DNA of 64,000 nt from Amphiscolops sp. MND2022. Lineage: Eukaryota. Of this stretch, positions 27,139 through 39,900 are shown piece by piece. How positions within the stretch are numbered: position 1 is the first letter of the stretch; every line of letters begins with the position of its first letter. The DNA lies in contig OZ076409.1 of the NCBI GenBank assembly GCA_964187785.1, positions 88,786,001 through 88,850,000 on the forward strand. The letters run 5' to 3'. The notes beneath the pieces are model-generated. The model saw nothing but the letters and a program-made list of their open reading frames with translations. It was not told the DNA's origin and searched no databases. Both the position numbers and the translations under genes were made by a program.

Positions 27139-28700
27139 AATAGTTAAGATTTTTCGAAAATTTTTCATTGTCTCCAAAAGGCCCCTTTTCTCTTTAATAA
27201 TATTTTGCAACAGAACGTATGGTAATTATCAGACTGCACCATTTGTATTCCTTGTTCTCAAGATGTTAACAAAAAGTAAGGTTCTGGTTTCATTTGCTAA
27301 CTTCTAACTATCATTTGTGTGAGGTCCATTCCTGTACTAATGATGTATTAATGTAAACAGTTAGCAAACTGGGAACGGCCCAAATCTGTGCGCCGCTCGT
27401 TTCAAAAAAAATCTCGAACGTTTTTTAAAATATGCAAAGGACACTATCCTTCGATTACTATCAATTGCGGAGTGCCAAACAATACCCGAAAGGATACGCA
27501 TAAAACTCGAATACCACTTTTTTACCAACTGGAAACTTCAAAAAAAGTTTATCTTCGGAAAAAATCTCATAGTGGCGAAAATAGAGCTTTCAACTGGAAA
27601 ACTTTTTTCCAAGTTGAAAAACATTCATGAAAGTGAAGGAATGACACTGTTCGAACCTTCCGCTCCTCCTTAGTAAAAGGCAAGCCACTTCGGCTATAAC
27701 GTCAAAGTCACGGATATAGCGTGCTGGACCAAATGGTAACATCTGCTTTCTTCGAACATCTGCCTCCTCCTTGGTTAAACGGAATTTACTTGGAATATAA
27801 CGTGAAAATGGGGATACAGCTCAATGTTTTGGAACCTCCATCATTTCATTAGTGAAACGCAACTTTTTTGGGATATAATGTCAAAAATTTCGATAAGGGG
27901 TGCTGACTTCTAGGCCAAGTGGCAGTTAGAAGTTACTGTTTAATTAGGTTATTATTCAAAAAGCCACAAAAATAGCAACGGATTTGATCGATTGGCAGCA
28001 ATGACGAAGTTTGCCAATCCTATCGCTCTTCGATATCTTTCAGATATCTTTCAGACAATGCGAAAGCGATTGAAGAAGGAAAAATAACTGCAAAAACTCT
28101 ATTCTTGAGAAATCGAGAATAATGACAGCGTGTAAACTAGTTTTTTTTGCGTGTATAAAGGACAGACGAAAAACAAAATGCTCCTTAAAAATAACACTAA
28201 TTGTTCAAGAACCCGTATTCTTTTCTTAAAAAGGTTCAACCGATTGTGTTGTTGACTGAACCTGTATTTATAAACAGTATCGTTGTTTTTCTGACAAAAA
28301 AAACAAAAATGCAGTTACAGGTGCGTTTTATCAGCATGCTGTACATTTTAATTAAAAACCATTGCATTTGATTCATTGTATCAGAAAGTCTAGTTAGAAT
28401 GGTTCACACTGAGAAATTCTTTAACTCTGTATGGGTCAGATTCAAACTCCCATTTCGCAATTTTCGTCCTTTGGGAACTGTTCATCAAATTTATAGTACC
28501 GAAAAACACACAGAGGGATACGCATAAGACTTGAAAACCGCTTTTTTCCAACTTGAAAAATCAAGAAACTGTGATAAAAAACCACGTGATCAAAAACACT
28601 TTCCGAGAAAGTCTCAATTCCAAAAAAGCAAAAGAGGGGACCGTTTCTTAAATATCTAGATTGAGGCCGAAAATCAGAATAACTAACGACGTTTTGGGAA

Positions 28701-30429
28701 TGTCGCAGGCTGCCGCCTGTGACGGCACAAGGATTACAACAACAGCTGTTGGCCAGGATGTGGCCCCAGGAACTCTCCCTACCTATTAAAGTAAACTAAA
28801 ACTTACTCTTAAACTTTTACGTTGCTTATGTATTTTGTTGCCATATTATTTTAGAAAATAGCCAAAAGGGCCGTACTGGGACGTATTCCCTGGTTGCCAA
28901 AACTTAGAATTATTGCACTTGTTGATCATTTATAGTCAACCTTAGTTTGAATGCCAACTGTATATTAGTCTGTTAACATAGATCGTGCTGTGTTGTTGTA
29001 TTATCAATGTAATGCAGTAATAATCAAAGATTATAGTAAGCAACTAAGAGAAAGTACGGAAACGAGTTCAAATGGACTCCTGTACTTTCTTGCCAACGCC
29101 GCTTGCGCTCACCCAATTAGCCAATCAGAGGCCTTCATTTTCGAGTGCTTTATTCTCTTTTGCCAATTACGGCCTTTGTACAATATGGACGAGTGTGCTA
29201 TTAATGCCGTTCAGGCGAACGGCCTAATCCGGCTATTTAGTCTCCAATGAGTGAAGCGCTTGTAATTGATGCTAATTTCATGTAGTAGTATTTATTTAGT
29301 AGTAAGCTTTGTTGATCACGAAATACCAATTTGAAGTGCTATTTAGTACTTTGTTGTGTTACTAACAAATAGTTGCCCGGTTCTACTTTAATATAACCCT
29401 GTTGCATGAAATTTGATGTTATTGCCTTAACAGGCCTTTTGCCATTGTACCTACGATAAGTATTTAGATCAAACAAGTTTGTTGTGCTGTCACGTGCTAA
29501 AGAACGCGTACCTGTATCAACAAATACCTGTTCGATGGAAATATTTTGCCAAATGTGTAAACGATGCTAGCGGTTGAATGTTTGTTCCTTTGATGTGTAA
29601 TATTTGGAACGGATGACGTTCATCCCGTGACCATCAGAAATGCAGTCATATGATATTGTCTTAGTCAAAGAATGTAAAAAATGTGAGTGTCACTCTTTCG
29701 GGGGTATAAATACCTGTGCCTTTGAGAGAGGAGACACTTCTTAATTTGCTCTCTTCTGAAAAAGACTATCATATTAATACAAACGGTTTCACTGTTATTT
29801 TCGAGATATAATCTAATTCAATTTTATACTCGAAGTGTTCCTCATGCCTACTACAAGAAAACAAAAGAAGTCTAGAAAGTCCAGAGGACTAGAGATCCTT
29901 TCTGATATCGAAAATCTAGACATAATGTTAGGAGGCGATCATTACAATGGAACTGAAAGAGAAAGGAGTTTAGAAAGTAACTCCGTTAGAAGGAGAGAAA
30001 GCATCGTGAGTAATAATTTAGACAACGAGGGCGGAAGCCTGTTTTCAAATTGTAGAAATGATGAACCTAGGACAAGTGCCGACCTTGGCCAAAACTCAGC
30101 TGAAGCAAACTCACTAGCTGAGATAAACAGGTTGTCTAGCGAATTGAACTCTAGGATATCCCGTGAGATGGATGAAATGATGAGTAATGTTGATACGTTG
30201 ATCCAAAGGGCCATTAATGAAGCTATTAGTAGTCAAGTATTGCCTTAAATACAGAATGTCATAATGGCCGGATCAGGACGAGAGACCAGAAGGGGATGGG
30301 AAATCCCAGTTGAGAGACCGGAAGTAAATGCCGAGGAACAGCGAATTCCAAGTGCTAAGGCCGACTGTAGAAATGAACAACATGATGGATACCGACCGAG
30401 TGGTCAATCAAGCCGTCATGCTCATGACA
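28701..30429 (+). repeat. 5' LTR
   Basis: Direct repeat of 42908-44636 with about a dozen substitutions counted by eye. TATA-like GGGGTATAAATA at 29701. Confidence 0.97.
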
Positions 30430-30441
30430 TGGTGACAGGAG
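30430..30441 (+). promoter_or_regulatory. Primer-binding site TGGTGACAGGAG
   Basis: TGG-initiated and directly abutting the LTR end; identical 12-mer after the 5' LTR of the 46422 element. One mismatch from the common tRNA-Leu(CAG)-type PBS TGGTGTCAGGAG; primer tRNA not confirmed. Confidence 0.85.
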
Positions 30442-31539
30442 ACAACGAATCTCCACTTCAAGTTCCCGAGTTTCTCACGGGACGAGTCTCATCCAGAAGC
30501 CATCTCGACAGGTCCTATGAGGATATTAACCTTGACACGACGATCCCAGCGCAAGAGAGAAATGCTCCGGCTGCTCAAACCGACCCTATTACTCGACTAG
30601 CAGATGTCTTGACAACGATGCAGAATAGGCCCAACAACTCACTATACGCCCAGTCAATTCAAACATAATGACTTTTGATGGCAAGAGTGAAAAATTTGAG
30701 CTGTTTGAGGACCTGTTCCACACGATGATCAAGATGCAACCGGAAATGACGGAACAGATGAAAATAAATCACCTCCACTCACTGCTGAGGAAGAATGCTC
30801 TCCAAACCTTCCGGAACATCAGCTCGAGCAACAGACAGACTTTAGAGGACGTATTGGTAATATTCAGACGAAAATACGTCAAACCCGAATCACAGGCAAC
30901 TGCCAAACATAAATGGCACCGTCTAGTCTTCGATCCCAACACGATGAAACTGCCAGATTTCCTTGAAGAATTAAATCAAGGGGCAGAAAAAGCATTCGGG
31001 GATCACGCACAGAAAATGATTGACAGTTTGCTCTACGCAAAACTGCCACCAAAACTGAAGCGGTCCGTAAACATGGCCAGACTCGAAAACGGCTCTTATG
31101 ACGAAATAGTTGCTCATTTAGAGAGAGAGTTAGAATTAAATGCCCTTGAGGAATCAGACGACCTACCAATGGCCACAATGACCTCCTCGACAACAAAATC
31201 CAAAACTCCTCTAACTACTGGGCAAATGTCGGACATCACTTGCAACTACTGCAAGGAGAAGGGCCATATGGTCAAGGACTGTGAAAAATTGAAGAAGAAA
31301 AAGGAAAAAGATGCCCAACAAGGCAAACAAACTCAGAAAAAGACGTATCCGGAGTGTGGCACTTGTGGTAAAAAGAACCACCCGGAAGAAAGATGTTGGC
31401 AAGGTGCTGGTGCGCATCTCAAACCCAAACGCACCAGACCAGATGACGCTAATGACGGTAAACCCAATTGAAAAGCGCAAAAACCACAAAACAAATCAAC
31501 ATCTTCCAACTCACAGGCCTCATCTTCCAATGATGAGTC

Positions 31540-31546
31540 AAAAAAC
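31540..31546 (+). promoter_or_regulatory. -1 ribosomal frameshift slippery site A AAA AAC
   Basis: X XXY YYZ heptamer in the gag frame immediately before the gag stop; the -1 frame is open into pol. Confidence 0.75.
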
Positions 31547-34500
31547 TAACTTCGCCACGACTCCAATACAACCAACTAATATCTGTCCGACAATACATCA
31601 GATCGGACCCTCCAACGCAAACTTTCCACCAATACAATCAACAATTGATGGGCTATCCCTCTGGTGTCTGGCAGCAACAGATGGAAAAAGCTACCATCAT
31701 CACCTACAATAACACCCATTTATTCCAAAAACCAATTCCTGTATGGGACCCTGATTACACATCTGCTTTCAATAGCCGATTCAGGCCTATTCCCTTGGTA
31801 GACGATTACAACCCTACCTACATAGATCCCGATTATGGACGAGATCCCTATTGGGACACGGAACTCTACAACCAAGATCTGCTACAATTCCAATACGTCA
31901 TTGATGATATCGAACTCTACAATAAATCAGCCCATGAAAATCCTCCAATCACCCACAACAAGAAAACTAGAGCATTGATTGAAACCTGGCAAATGAATGA
32001 TGGCACAAGCCATCCGGTGTTCCCAAATCCCCTGGGGACCGAGAATACTGAAAACAGTGGTGAAATCACGCCACAATCATTATTAGATGAAAAACAATTC
32101 CAAAATGTACTCATCACCAGACATGGTGAACCAGACTGTATACCCCTGTCAACCAACATCAACCTCAAATGCAAGAAACGCATGCTTTATTTCCCAATGG
32201 ACTTTGGGGAATTGACCATAGACGGACTTATCGACACTGGTGCATTATCCAGTGCAATCCCAGAGATGTACCTCCGGAAAATCAGACTCTTATCGCCACA
32301 ATCTGTCATCCGAGAAGGTCCACCCCCGAATTTCCAAATAATGGTCGCTAATGGTCAACTGGAAACTCCTAAAAGTACCATAGAACTCAAATTTGAAGTT
32401 GTTGATATCGAGTTTCATGAGATTTTCATAGTCATGGAACACTTGACAGGACCGATCATTGGACTAATGTTCCTGCAGAGAAACCATACAGTTCTGGATA
32501 TGAGACAAGGAATCCTGAACTTCCCGTTCTTCTCAATGCAGCTCAAAACAGCTGACCATAAATACTCAAATGTCTTAGAACCAATCCTCAATCCCATTGA
32601 GATAACTATTCCGCCAAATGATAGAGCCCTAATTAGGACCAATTCCCTACTGTACCCTGAGAATGCTGTCACTGGAATTTTACAACCGAGCGACCTTCTA
32701 CATGAAGAAGGCGACATCACATTCTGCCCAGCCTTGGTCACTCTGAATGACGGCAATATATTGAGTCCAGTGAACAATTTCACAGACCACCCTTATAAAC
32801 TCAAAAAGGGACTACATATTGCCAATTTCTCTGTCATGACGCCAGAACAAATGAAGTATGTCAAACCGGTAGACCCGGCATCAACCTGGAACCTTTTGCA
32901 GAATGATCAGGAGCAAGCAGCCCACTATGTCAGCAGTCTCATCAAAACCAATAGAAATCCACAAAACTCCGAAAATTACTGGTTCCCAACTCCAGAAAAC
33001 CCTGGAAATCCTGAGGAACACACACCCATACAAAAACCAATCCTACGTGAGTTACAGGCCTTACAGGACCTGGAGACACTCGACCCCACCACAGACGAAG
33101 AATCACGTGCAAAATTCTTAGAAAACTTTGACTGGAAAGATTCCACCCTTACTCCTGAAGAGAAGGAGAAAATAGAGGAATTGTTAGTGGAATTCCATGA
33201 CATCTTTGCACGACACCGATTTGATATAGGCATGAACGAGGACTTCAAGGTGAAACGGACACCAAAAGACGATTCCCCAGCCTATAGTCAAAGTCTTCCA
33301 GCTCCTATCAACTTGAAGGAAGACATCTTAGTCGAATTAGCCATGTTGCACAAATATGGCATAATAACCACACTACCGTTCTCAAAGTATGCAAGCCCAA
33401 TATTCGCCCAAAAGAAACCAAATGGGAAGCTACGACTTTTAGTTGACTTGAGAAAAATCAACAACCTCATCTCGGATGATTATATCAACAATAATCACCC
33501 TGTTAGCACCTTGGTTGATGCTGCCCAACACTTGGCAGGCAAAAAACTGTTCTGTAAATTAGACTGTTCGCAGGCATACCACTGCCTACCAATGGCAGAC
33601 CAACGCTCAATCGAAATGTTGGCTTTCAATTTTGCCAGTCGTACATTCGCGTACAGACGCTTAGCACAAGGCCTTAGTCGGTCACTATCCGCATTCTCGA
33701 GTTTCATGAGGGAATACCTCGACAAAGTCATTAAAGCGGATCAGTGTGCCCAGTATGTGGACGATATCGGCATTGCAGCCAATGATGTCGACCACCTCAT
33801 GACGAACCTGAGAGCAACATTCAAATGCATTCAGGAAGCAGGCCTTAAATTGACAATGCACAAATGTCACTTCGGTGCAAAAGAAATTGATTTTCTCGGA
33901 CGGACTATTACCCCGCAAGGCGTCAAACCCCAGAAACAGAACGTACAAAACTTTCTGGAAAAGACCAAATTCCCGAAGTCGAAAAAGGCTTTGCAGCGCT
34001 ACTTGGGATTCTTGAACTACTACAGAAATTATGTCCCAAGACTCTCCGAACGCCTTGCCCCATTCTACAAGATGCTGAAAAGTGACGAAAAGGTCCTGGT
34101 ATCGAAAGAATTGATCCAACAATTCGAGGAAATCAACAAAGCACTTGACAAATGTTGCGACTTGGCATTACAGCAACCCATTCCGAACAAACAAATCGCA
34201 CTAATGACTGATGCAAGTTTTGGTGCAGCTGGATATGCGGTCTTAATAGAAGACGACCCAAACCAGAAATTCACATCTCTCCGAAAATCCTACGCACCGG
34301 TGGCCTATGGATCAAAAACCTTCACCCCAGCCCAGATCAAAATGTCAATATATGCCAAGGAATTTCTCGCAATTTACTTTGCATTCAAAGAATTTGGACA
34401 TATATTCTGGGGTGCGCCCAAACCGGTCATTATCCTTACCGACAACAAAGCCGTTACGAGATTTTTTCAAACGAAAATAATACCCCCAGCTCTGTGGAAT

Positions 34501-36747
34501 GCATGTGATTATGTGATTCAGTTCAATTTTGTCATAGCGCATATCCCGGGGGCACAGAACACAGCAGCTGACTATTTGTCCCGATTAGAAGCAGATCCGA
34601 AGGACAAATTAGTCATGAAAATCCGCGAGGACATACAAACTCTACCAATTGAAATCAATGTTCAATCCGCGGGGGTATCACAGGAAGAACAAATATTCTA
34701 TACGAATGAGGACGACGAGACAGAGGAACAGTATTGGGCAAGAAAAGAAGCAATCAGGAAAAATCCAATGACTGATGAGCCCACTGTTACCATAGAAACT
34801 CTGTCAACCAATTTGGTCAAACAACAACCAGACATCCAGGTCCGATTAAGGAAAACAAACCAGATATTCATCGAGCAGTCCAAAGATGCAGTATTGCAAC
34901 AATTGAAGGCAAAGCTCCTTCATGAAGACTATTCAGAAAACATACTGCAACAGGATGCCCGATATAGACACTATGCAAATAATCTGGAACGAATTGTACT
35001 CAAGGACGAAATCCTGACGAGGCAATATTTTGATGAAACAGGGAATGTTAAATACCATCAAATTTTGCTCCCGCAACACCTGCTTCGGGAATTGCTTCAA
35101 TCCCTTCACGGGACAGCGCATAAACATCCCGGGATTTCAAAAATGTTGCAGGAAATTCGACAGAGGTATTACTACCCCAGCATGGCTAAACACGTCAAAA
35201 AATGGGTAGAAGGTTGTGAACAATGCGCAAAGGACAAACGAGTCCCCAATGCAACGATCACACCTGAATTACTCAATTTGCCCGAATGGGACCTTGGACC
35301 TGAAGACGCCATACAAATCGACCTATTGCCGAATCTTCCCCCAAGTGGAGGGTATGAAAATGTCCTAACGGCAATTGATGTTTTCTCCAGATATTTATTT
35401 GCTTATCCCCTTACAGACGCATCAGCGATCAATGTGGCAAAAGCGCTCATTGACATAATGACCAAGCATGCATATTTGCCAACGACTCTTATTACTGATA
35501 AGGGTACTGCATTCACTTCTACGATTATTGCGGAGGTTACGCAAATTTTGGGCATTACACTCAAATGTGCAACGACAAAGCACCCGCAAACAATTGGCAA
35601 ATTAGAGCGGACCCATGCCTCATTAAAAACAAATCTCAAAATGGCATGTGGGGAATACCGCCGACAATGGCATAAATATTTGCCATTAGCAGTACTTAAT
35701 CATAATACGAGTTATCATGCCAGTATTGGTTGTGAGCCAACGAGAGTATTCCATGGCAGAATTCCCTATAACATTTTGGATCACAAGCTTGGAAATAATC
35801 CAAACGAAAAGATCAACCCTACAACCGAATTTGCAGAAGAAATCCAAAACCGGACAAAAATCCTAATTGACAAAACGAAGCAGAACATTATGCAGTCGTA
35901 CATCAAGTACAAAGAATATTACGACCGCAAAGCAAAAGCTGCTCCATTGAAAGAGAATGATTACTGTTTCGTCCTACAGCCGAAAGCGGACCATCAAGGA
36001 TCAAAAATTCCATTCCGCGATTACCGTTGGGTTGGACCATTTGTAGTCCAAAAGGTTTTACCAAATGAAAACTACATAGTACGAAGGATCAATACGAACA
36101 AAACTCAAATTTTGCATCGCATTCGCCTTAAAAGGTTTATTCCCAATCAACCGCTTGAGGACAATTTCCGAGAACAACGGCTGCAACAAGACGAAGAAAT
36201 TGTCATTCCGCAAGACGATTTATACGTCATAACGTGGGAAACAGACTTCGGCGAACAGCTAGTTACACGAGGCAACGAACCTATTCCGACTAGCTTGCCG
36301 AACGGCGAACGGCCGAGTACGGCAGAAAATACAAATGACGCAAACGAGAATGAAGCGGATTACATAATCACGCGAGAAGAATTAAACAACGACAACGCGG
36401 CACACAGCCGAAATAAATGCTTAGATGATGACGTCACTGAAAGAAATAAAGCTACTGCAGTGACAGAAAATACCAAATCTGATTGGCCGAATCCGGCCGT
36501 TTCCCCAAAAAACCAAGAAAATTCTTTGCCGAGTACGGCAGGTGGACCGGAAAATGATGAAATTTTTTCAGAAAGAAATTCAATGAATGAAAACGATGCA
36601 CAAAACTCTCCAAAAAGGGGGGATGATATTATCGTGCCCGAAATATCCGAAAGCGATGCTAGAAATGAAAGTCTGAGCCCTAGAGGAGGGAAATATAATC
36701 TCAGGCCTAACCCTAACCCAAACTACTCAGAAGACTTCAGATACTAG
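31546..36747 (+). CDS. pol: pol polyprotein: aspartic protease, reverse transcriptase, RNase H, integrase
   Basis: LIDTGA (protease); KPNGKLRLLVD and YVDD (RT); MTDAS (RNase H); H..H..CEQC plus QIDL, ITDKG and GKLER (integrase). Uninterrupted 1700-aa ORF from 31645. Confidence 0.97.
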   Translation, partial: LTSPRLQYNQLISVRQYIRSDPPTQTFHQYNQQLMGYPSGVWQQQMEKATIITYNNTHLFQKPIPVWDPDYTSAFNSRFRPIPLVDDYNPTYIDPDYGRDPYWDTELYNQDLLQFQYVIDDIELYNKSAHENPPITHNKKTRALIETWQMNDGTSHPVFPNPLGTENTENSGEITPQSLLDEKQFQNVLITRHGEPDCIPLSTNINLKCKKRMLYFPMDFGELTIDGLIDTGALSSAIPEMYLRKIRLLSPQSVIREGPPPNFQIMVANGQLETPKSTIELKFEVVDIEFHEIFIVMEHLTGPIIGLMFLQRNHTVLDMRQGILNFPFFSMQLKTADHKYSNVLEPILNPIEITIPPNDRALIRTNSLLYPENAVTGILQPSDLLHEEGDITFCPALVTLNDGNILSPVNNFTDHPYKLKKGLHIANFSVMTPEQMKYVKPVDPASTWNLLQNDQEQAAHYVSSLIKTNRNPQNSENYWFPTPENPGNPEEHTPIQKPILRELQALQDLETLDPTTDEESRAKFLENFDWKDSTLTPEEKEKIEELLVEFHDIFARHRFDIGMNEDFKVKRTPKDDSPAYSQSLPAPINLKEDILVELAMLHKYGIITTLPFSKYASPIFAQKKPNGKLRLLVDLRKINNLISDDYINNNHPVSTLVDAAQHLAGKKLFCKLDCSQAYHCLPMADQRSIEMLAFNFASRTFAYRRLAQGLSRSLSAFSSFMREYLDKVIKADQCAQYVDDIGIAANDVDHLMTNLRATFKCIQEAGLKLTMHKCHFGAKEIDFLGRTITPQGVKPQKQNVQNFLEKTKFPKSKKALQRYLGFLNYYRNYVPRLSERLAPFYKMLKSDEKVLVSKELIQQFEEINKALDKCCDLALQQPIPNKQIALMTDASFGAAGYAVLIEDDPNQKFTSLRKSYAPVAYGSKTFTPAQIKMSIYAKEFLAIYFAFKEFGHIFWGAPKPVIILTDNKAVTRFFQTKIIPPALWNACDYVIQFNFVIAHIPGAQNTAADYLSRLEADPKDKLVMKIREDIQTLPIEINVQSAGVSQEEQIFYTNEDDETEEQYWARKEAIRKNPMTDEPTVTIETLSTNLVKQQPDIQVRLRKTNQIFIEQSKDAVLQQLKAKLLHEDYSENILQQDARYRHYANNLERIVLKDEILTRQYFDETGNVKYHQILLPQHLLRELLQSLHGTAHKHPGISKMLQEIRQRYYYPSMAKHVKKWVEGCEQCAKDKRVPNATITPELLNLPEWDLGPEDAIQIDLLPNLPPSGGYENVLTAIDVFSRYLFAYPLTDASAINVAKALIDIMTKHAYLPTTLITDKGTAFTSTIIAEVTQILGITLKCATTKHPQTIGKLERTHASLKTNLKMACGEYRRQWHKYLPLAVLNHNTSYHASIGCEPTRVFHGRIPYNILDHKLGNNPNEKINPTTEFAEEIQNRTKILIDKTKQNIMQSYIKYKEYYDRKAKAAPLKENDYCFVLQPKADHQGSKIPFRDYRWVGPFVVQKVLPNENYIVRRINTNKTQILHRIRLKRFIPNQPLEDNFREQRLQQDEEIVIPQDDLYVITWETDFGEQLVTRGNEPIPTSLPNGERPSTAENTNDANENEADYIITREELNNDNAAHSRNKCLDDDVTERNKATAVTENTKSDWPNPAVSPKNQENSLPSTAGGPENDEIFSERNSMNENDAQNSPKRGDDIIVPEISESDARNESLSPRGGKYNLRPNPNPNYSEDFRY

Positions 36748-36988
36748 AGAAAATTGAGTACAGTTCAGGAAACAAGCCCTGAATCATATCTCTTTTTTCT
36801 TTGTTTTTTTTTCTAGTCCCAAGCAACGGTATCTTTGAATAAATAATGGGACTCAAAGGTAATCCCTTACAAAGAATAAATATGGGATCAAGGAAAGCAA
36901 GAGAAAGAAACGAATAATATAGACAAATCAGCAAAACAGAAAAATGACAAGGTTTACAGTTTGGTTGTACATACATACATATGCACAA

Positions 36989-39900
36989 TTAAGATTTAGA
37001 GCTGCTAGTTGAGGGTTCCATCACTAAAGAGGAGGACCTCGAACGGGATTGACTTTTATCCATTCGCCTTCGTTTACGGTCACTAGGCAATTGGACAGCT
37101 GGCGCATCTTTGACGGAGGAAGTATCGGCTGCCACTGCACATTTAGAACGTACTTCCGTCCCCGAGGAAACAGAACGATGAGAAGAAACGAGGGACTTGT
37201 AAATAACTGAGCGGCCGAAGGTATCCACATAAGTCCAAGGATCGTAATCGGCAGAAAACCCAGATTGGCCAAATGAAGCAGAAAGGAGGGAGAACTTGTC
37301 AAGACTGGCCTCTGTACAACAGAGAGATAAGGAATCGGCGACCTCAGACAGATAGCTCTGACAGGGCAGGATTACGTCTGCTACTCGAGACTGGAAATCA
37401 GTAGTATCTATATTTCCCATGAACACACTTGGATACTGAGGGCTGACTGACGTAAGGCACAAACAACATAACTTGAAGAGATGGAAGATATGCTCGTTCG
37501 ATTGGAGGAATTCAAGCCCCATGAGAAAGTCTATTAGGTCCAACGACTCTAAGGCAAGACTAGGGTCAGAACCATGGTTTGTCCGAAGATAGTCCAGTAA
37601 GGCTAGGTACTGGTCCCGGCAAAGAGCCTCATTCGCTGCTGTAACCCAAGAGCGCAATTGGAAAGTTGAGTATAAAATGCCAAAATGACGAAGGGCCACT
37701 TCGGTCGGTCTCTTCATCATGATATGAGGGTCGAAGGCTGCTAATCCCTTAATGGGGTCCGAACTGAGACCCGGATGTTGCAGAACAGCTCCCAGGAGGT
37801 ACTCAAAATACTTCTTTGCACTGTTGGCGAAATCAGCTTTGGCCGTCTCAGCCGTTTTGTCAATGGCTGCCTTACTTGACTTCTTATTGAAGTGCAGTCC
37901 AGCGGCTTTCAAGTTGCTTGCGGCAGTAACTTTATTCGTCATGTTGAGCCTTATGAGGAATTCGCCATCCTCCAAGAACTTTCTGTCGCTGACCCTGAAA
38001 TCTAGGACATGGAACCAGGCGCTTTCAAGAGGGATGGTGTCAGGCTGGTATACGCGGGAGCAGAGTCGGCTTATGAACCTGCAGACCTCCCCGCAAAGAT
38101 GGAAGGTAGCATCCCGCCTGCGTGCAAGGTTGGTGACAAAACTCGAGACGTCTGAGAACACAAAACCAAAATACTCAAGTCCGGACATATGACAGAAATA
38201 CTCAAGAAAGCTGTATACTTACAGTCACTGACGAGCCGTTGAAAAAACTCCAGTCGGACGGCGAAGAAATCATCAGAAATCAAGGACCACTCAAAGCTCT
38301 GGACCTTGTTGTGTACTCCTTGGTTTTCCTGAAGTCGGGAGTGGAGTGAAAGATAGCGGAGGATTTGCTTCCATCGCTTAAGTAGATCTCGACACAAATC
38401 AGGGAGCCTGTCCACTTCCAGCTTGCAAGTGGTAATAGCCTAAATAAAGCATGATTTTAAGAGACAGATCATATACCTTGACGGCCACCCACACCTTTCT
38501 ATCCTCCTACAGCAGTAAAACAAGAGACACTAACACGAGTTAATTCGGGAGTTCCTCGGACCCAGTCTTCGGTGGTAGACCCCCCAAGGGAGACTAAGAG
38601 ACACTGGAGTACAGAGAACATGTCGATCCTCCCAAATACGCTGTATGTGAACTTGTGCATCAGTAGTTGTAGGTCAAGCAATTCAAAGCGGAAACAGCTT
38701 TGGATTCCGTAAGAGTAGGAGGAGTGGTGGTCAATAGCCCGGATGAAGTCCACGGGACAACCTGAACAAGCGACCATATCCGGACCGGTCGACACTACCG
38801 ATAATAGCCGGGACAAGGATCCAAATTCTCCTGAGAGTTCAGACGCGGGTAGTGCACTTCGGCAAATAAAAACTCTGCACAGCTTTGTCCCTTTCCAGAA
38901 GCGCAGGGACATCAGTCGATTTGCCCCTCTGTCCTCAAATTCAATGGAGTAGTGTTGAGAAGAAGTGACATGTTCGGCAATATCTTCCATGACACAATTG
39001 AAAATGTGCTGGAATATGGCCTAAAATGGGCAATATAGATGTTATCCGTAAGTCCAACGCCTATATATCCGGACAAGGCCTGAATATTTACATAAATAAG
39101 TATGAGTGTATCTGCGTATACCGACGATGAGTCAGAACGAACAAAATATGCTTACCAATATTCTGTCTTCACTCCAATCGAAATCACGGAAAGCAGCCTG
39201 GTATTCAGTGAAAGATCCAACTCGTGACCACAAATTTCGGAGCACAGCAATGTCTCCCTGTCTCTGGATGAAATCTCCGATGAGGTGAATTTGGGTCCTA
39301 TCCCGGGATTGGGGAGTTACCAGTGCAGCAGTGTTTCCTCTGAGATAGTCCTCATAAAAAGGAAATCTTTCTCCTACGTCGATAAGTTCAGTGTGGATGA
39401 AATTTGGTAATTCTTGAGCCAGTTCCGCCTTGCTGAGGATCTTCCCGTTCCTACCTCTAACTCTATGATGGATTTTGCCTGTGACCGGGTCCACACTCTT
39501 AAGATGTTCATAGCGCCAACGCTGGTCCCGGCGCAGATGCCTTTCTGTCCTGTGGTGCCTCAGGATCTCGACTACTCCTTTTGTCTTTATTGAGAAATTC
39601 TTTTTGCACATGTGGCACCATACCATGTGCGGGTTGTGCAGTGGATCTGCCGGACCTGAAATAAACGATCGTGTCCAGCCGATCTTCGAGAAGAATTCCT
39701 CTCGCATGGGCACCCCTCGCCTTGAAGCTCTTTTGGGTCGAACCACCTTTTTGCAGGGCTTCTTCAATGATGATTTTTGTGACTTGGGTTGGTCCCTCAG
39801 TTCAGATAGCGTGGCGTCCAAACTACTGTGACCTGTCGACTCAACTTCTTCTACTGCTGAACTGGAAAGTAGGTGTGGCTTTTGGCCAATTCCGGCACTA

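Larger units (their letters stand above)
29844..31549 (+). pseudogene. gag: gag ORF (starts inside LTR; disrupted in this copy)
   Basis: MPTTRKQKK start at 29844. Premature TAA at 30246 (CAA in the 3' LTR), frameshift ~30630, TGA at 31469. Two zinc knuckles CNYCKEKGHMVKDC and CGTCGKKNHPEERC; frame ends TCA AAA AAC TAA. Confidence 0.88.

Noticed and set aside
28990..29250. 86-aa ORF duplicated at 43197 (and 83-aa ORF at 46499/49688)
   Set aside because: Duplicated only because they lie in LTRs; non-ATG starts; not conserved in related LTRs.
31917..35639. Multiple short minus-strand ORFs within pol
   Set aside because: Shadow ORFs of the long pol frame with no motifs.
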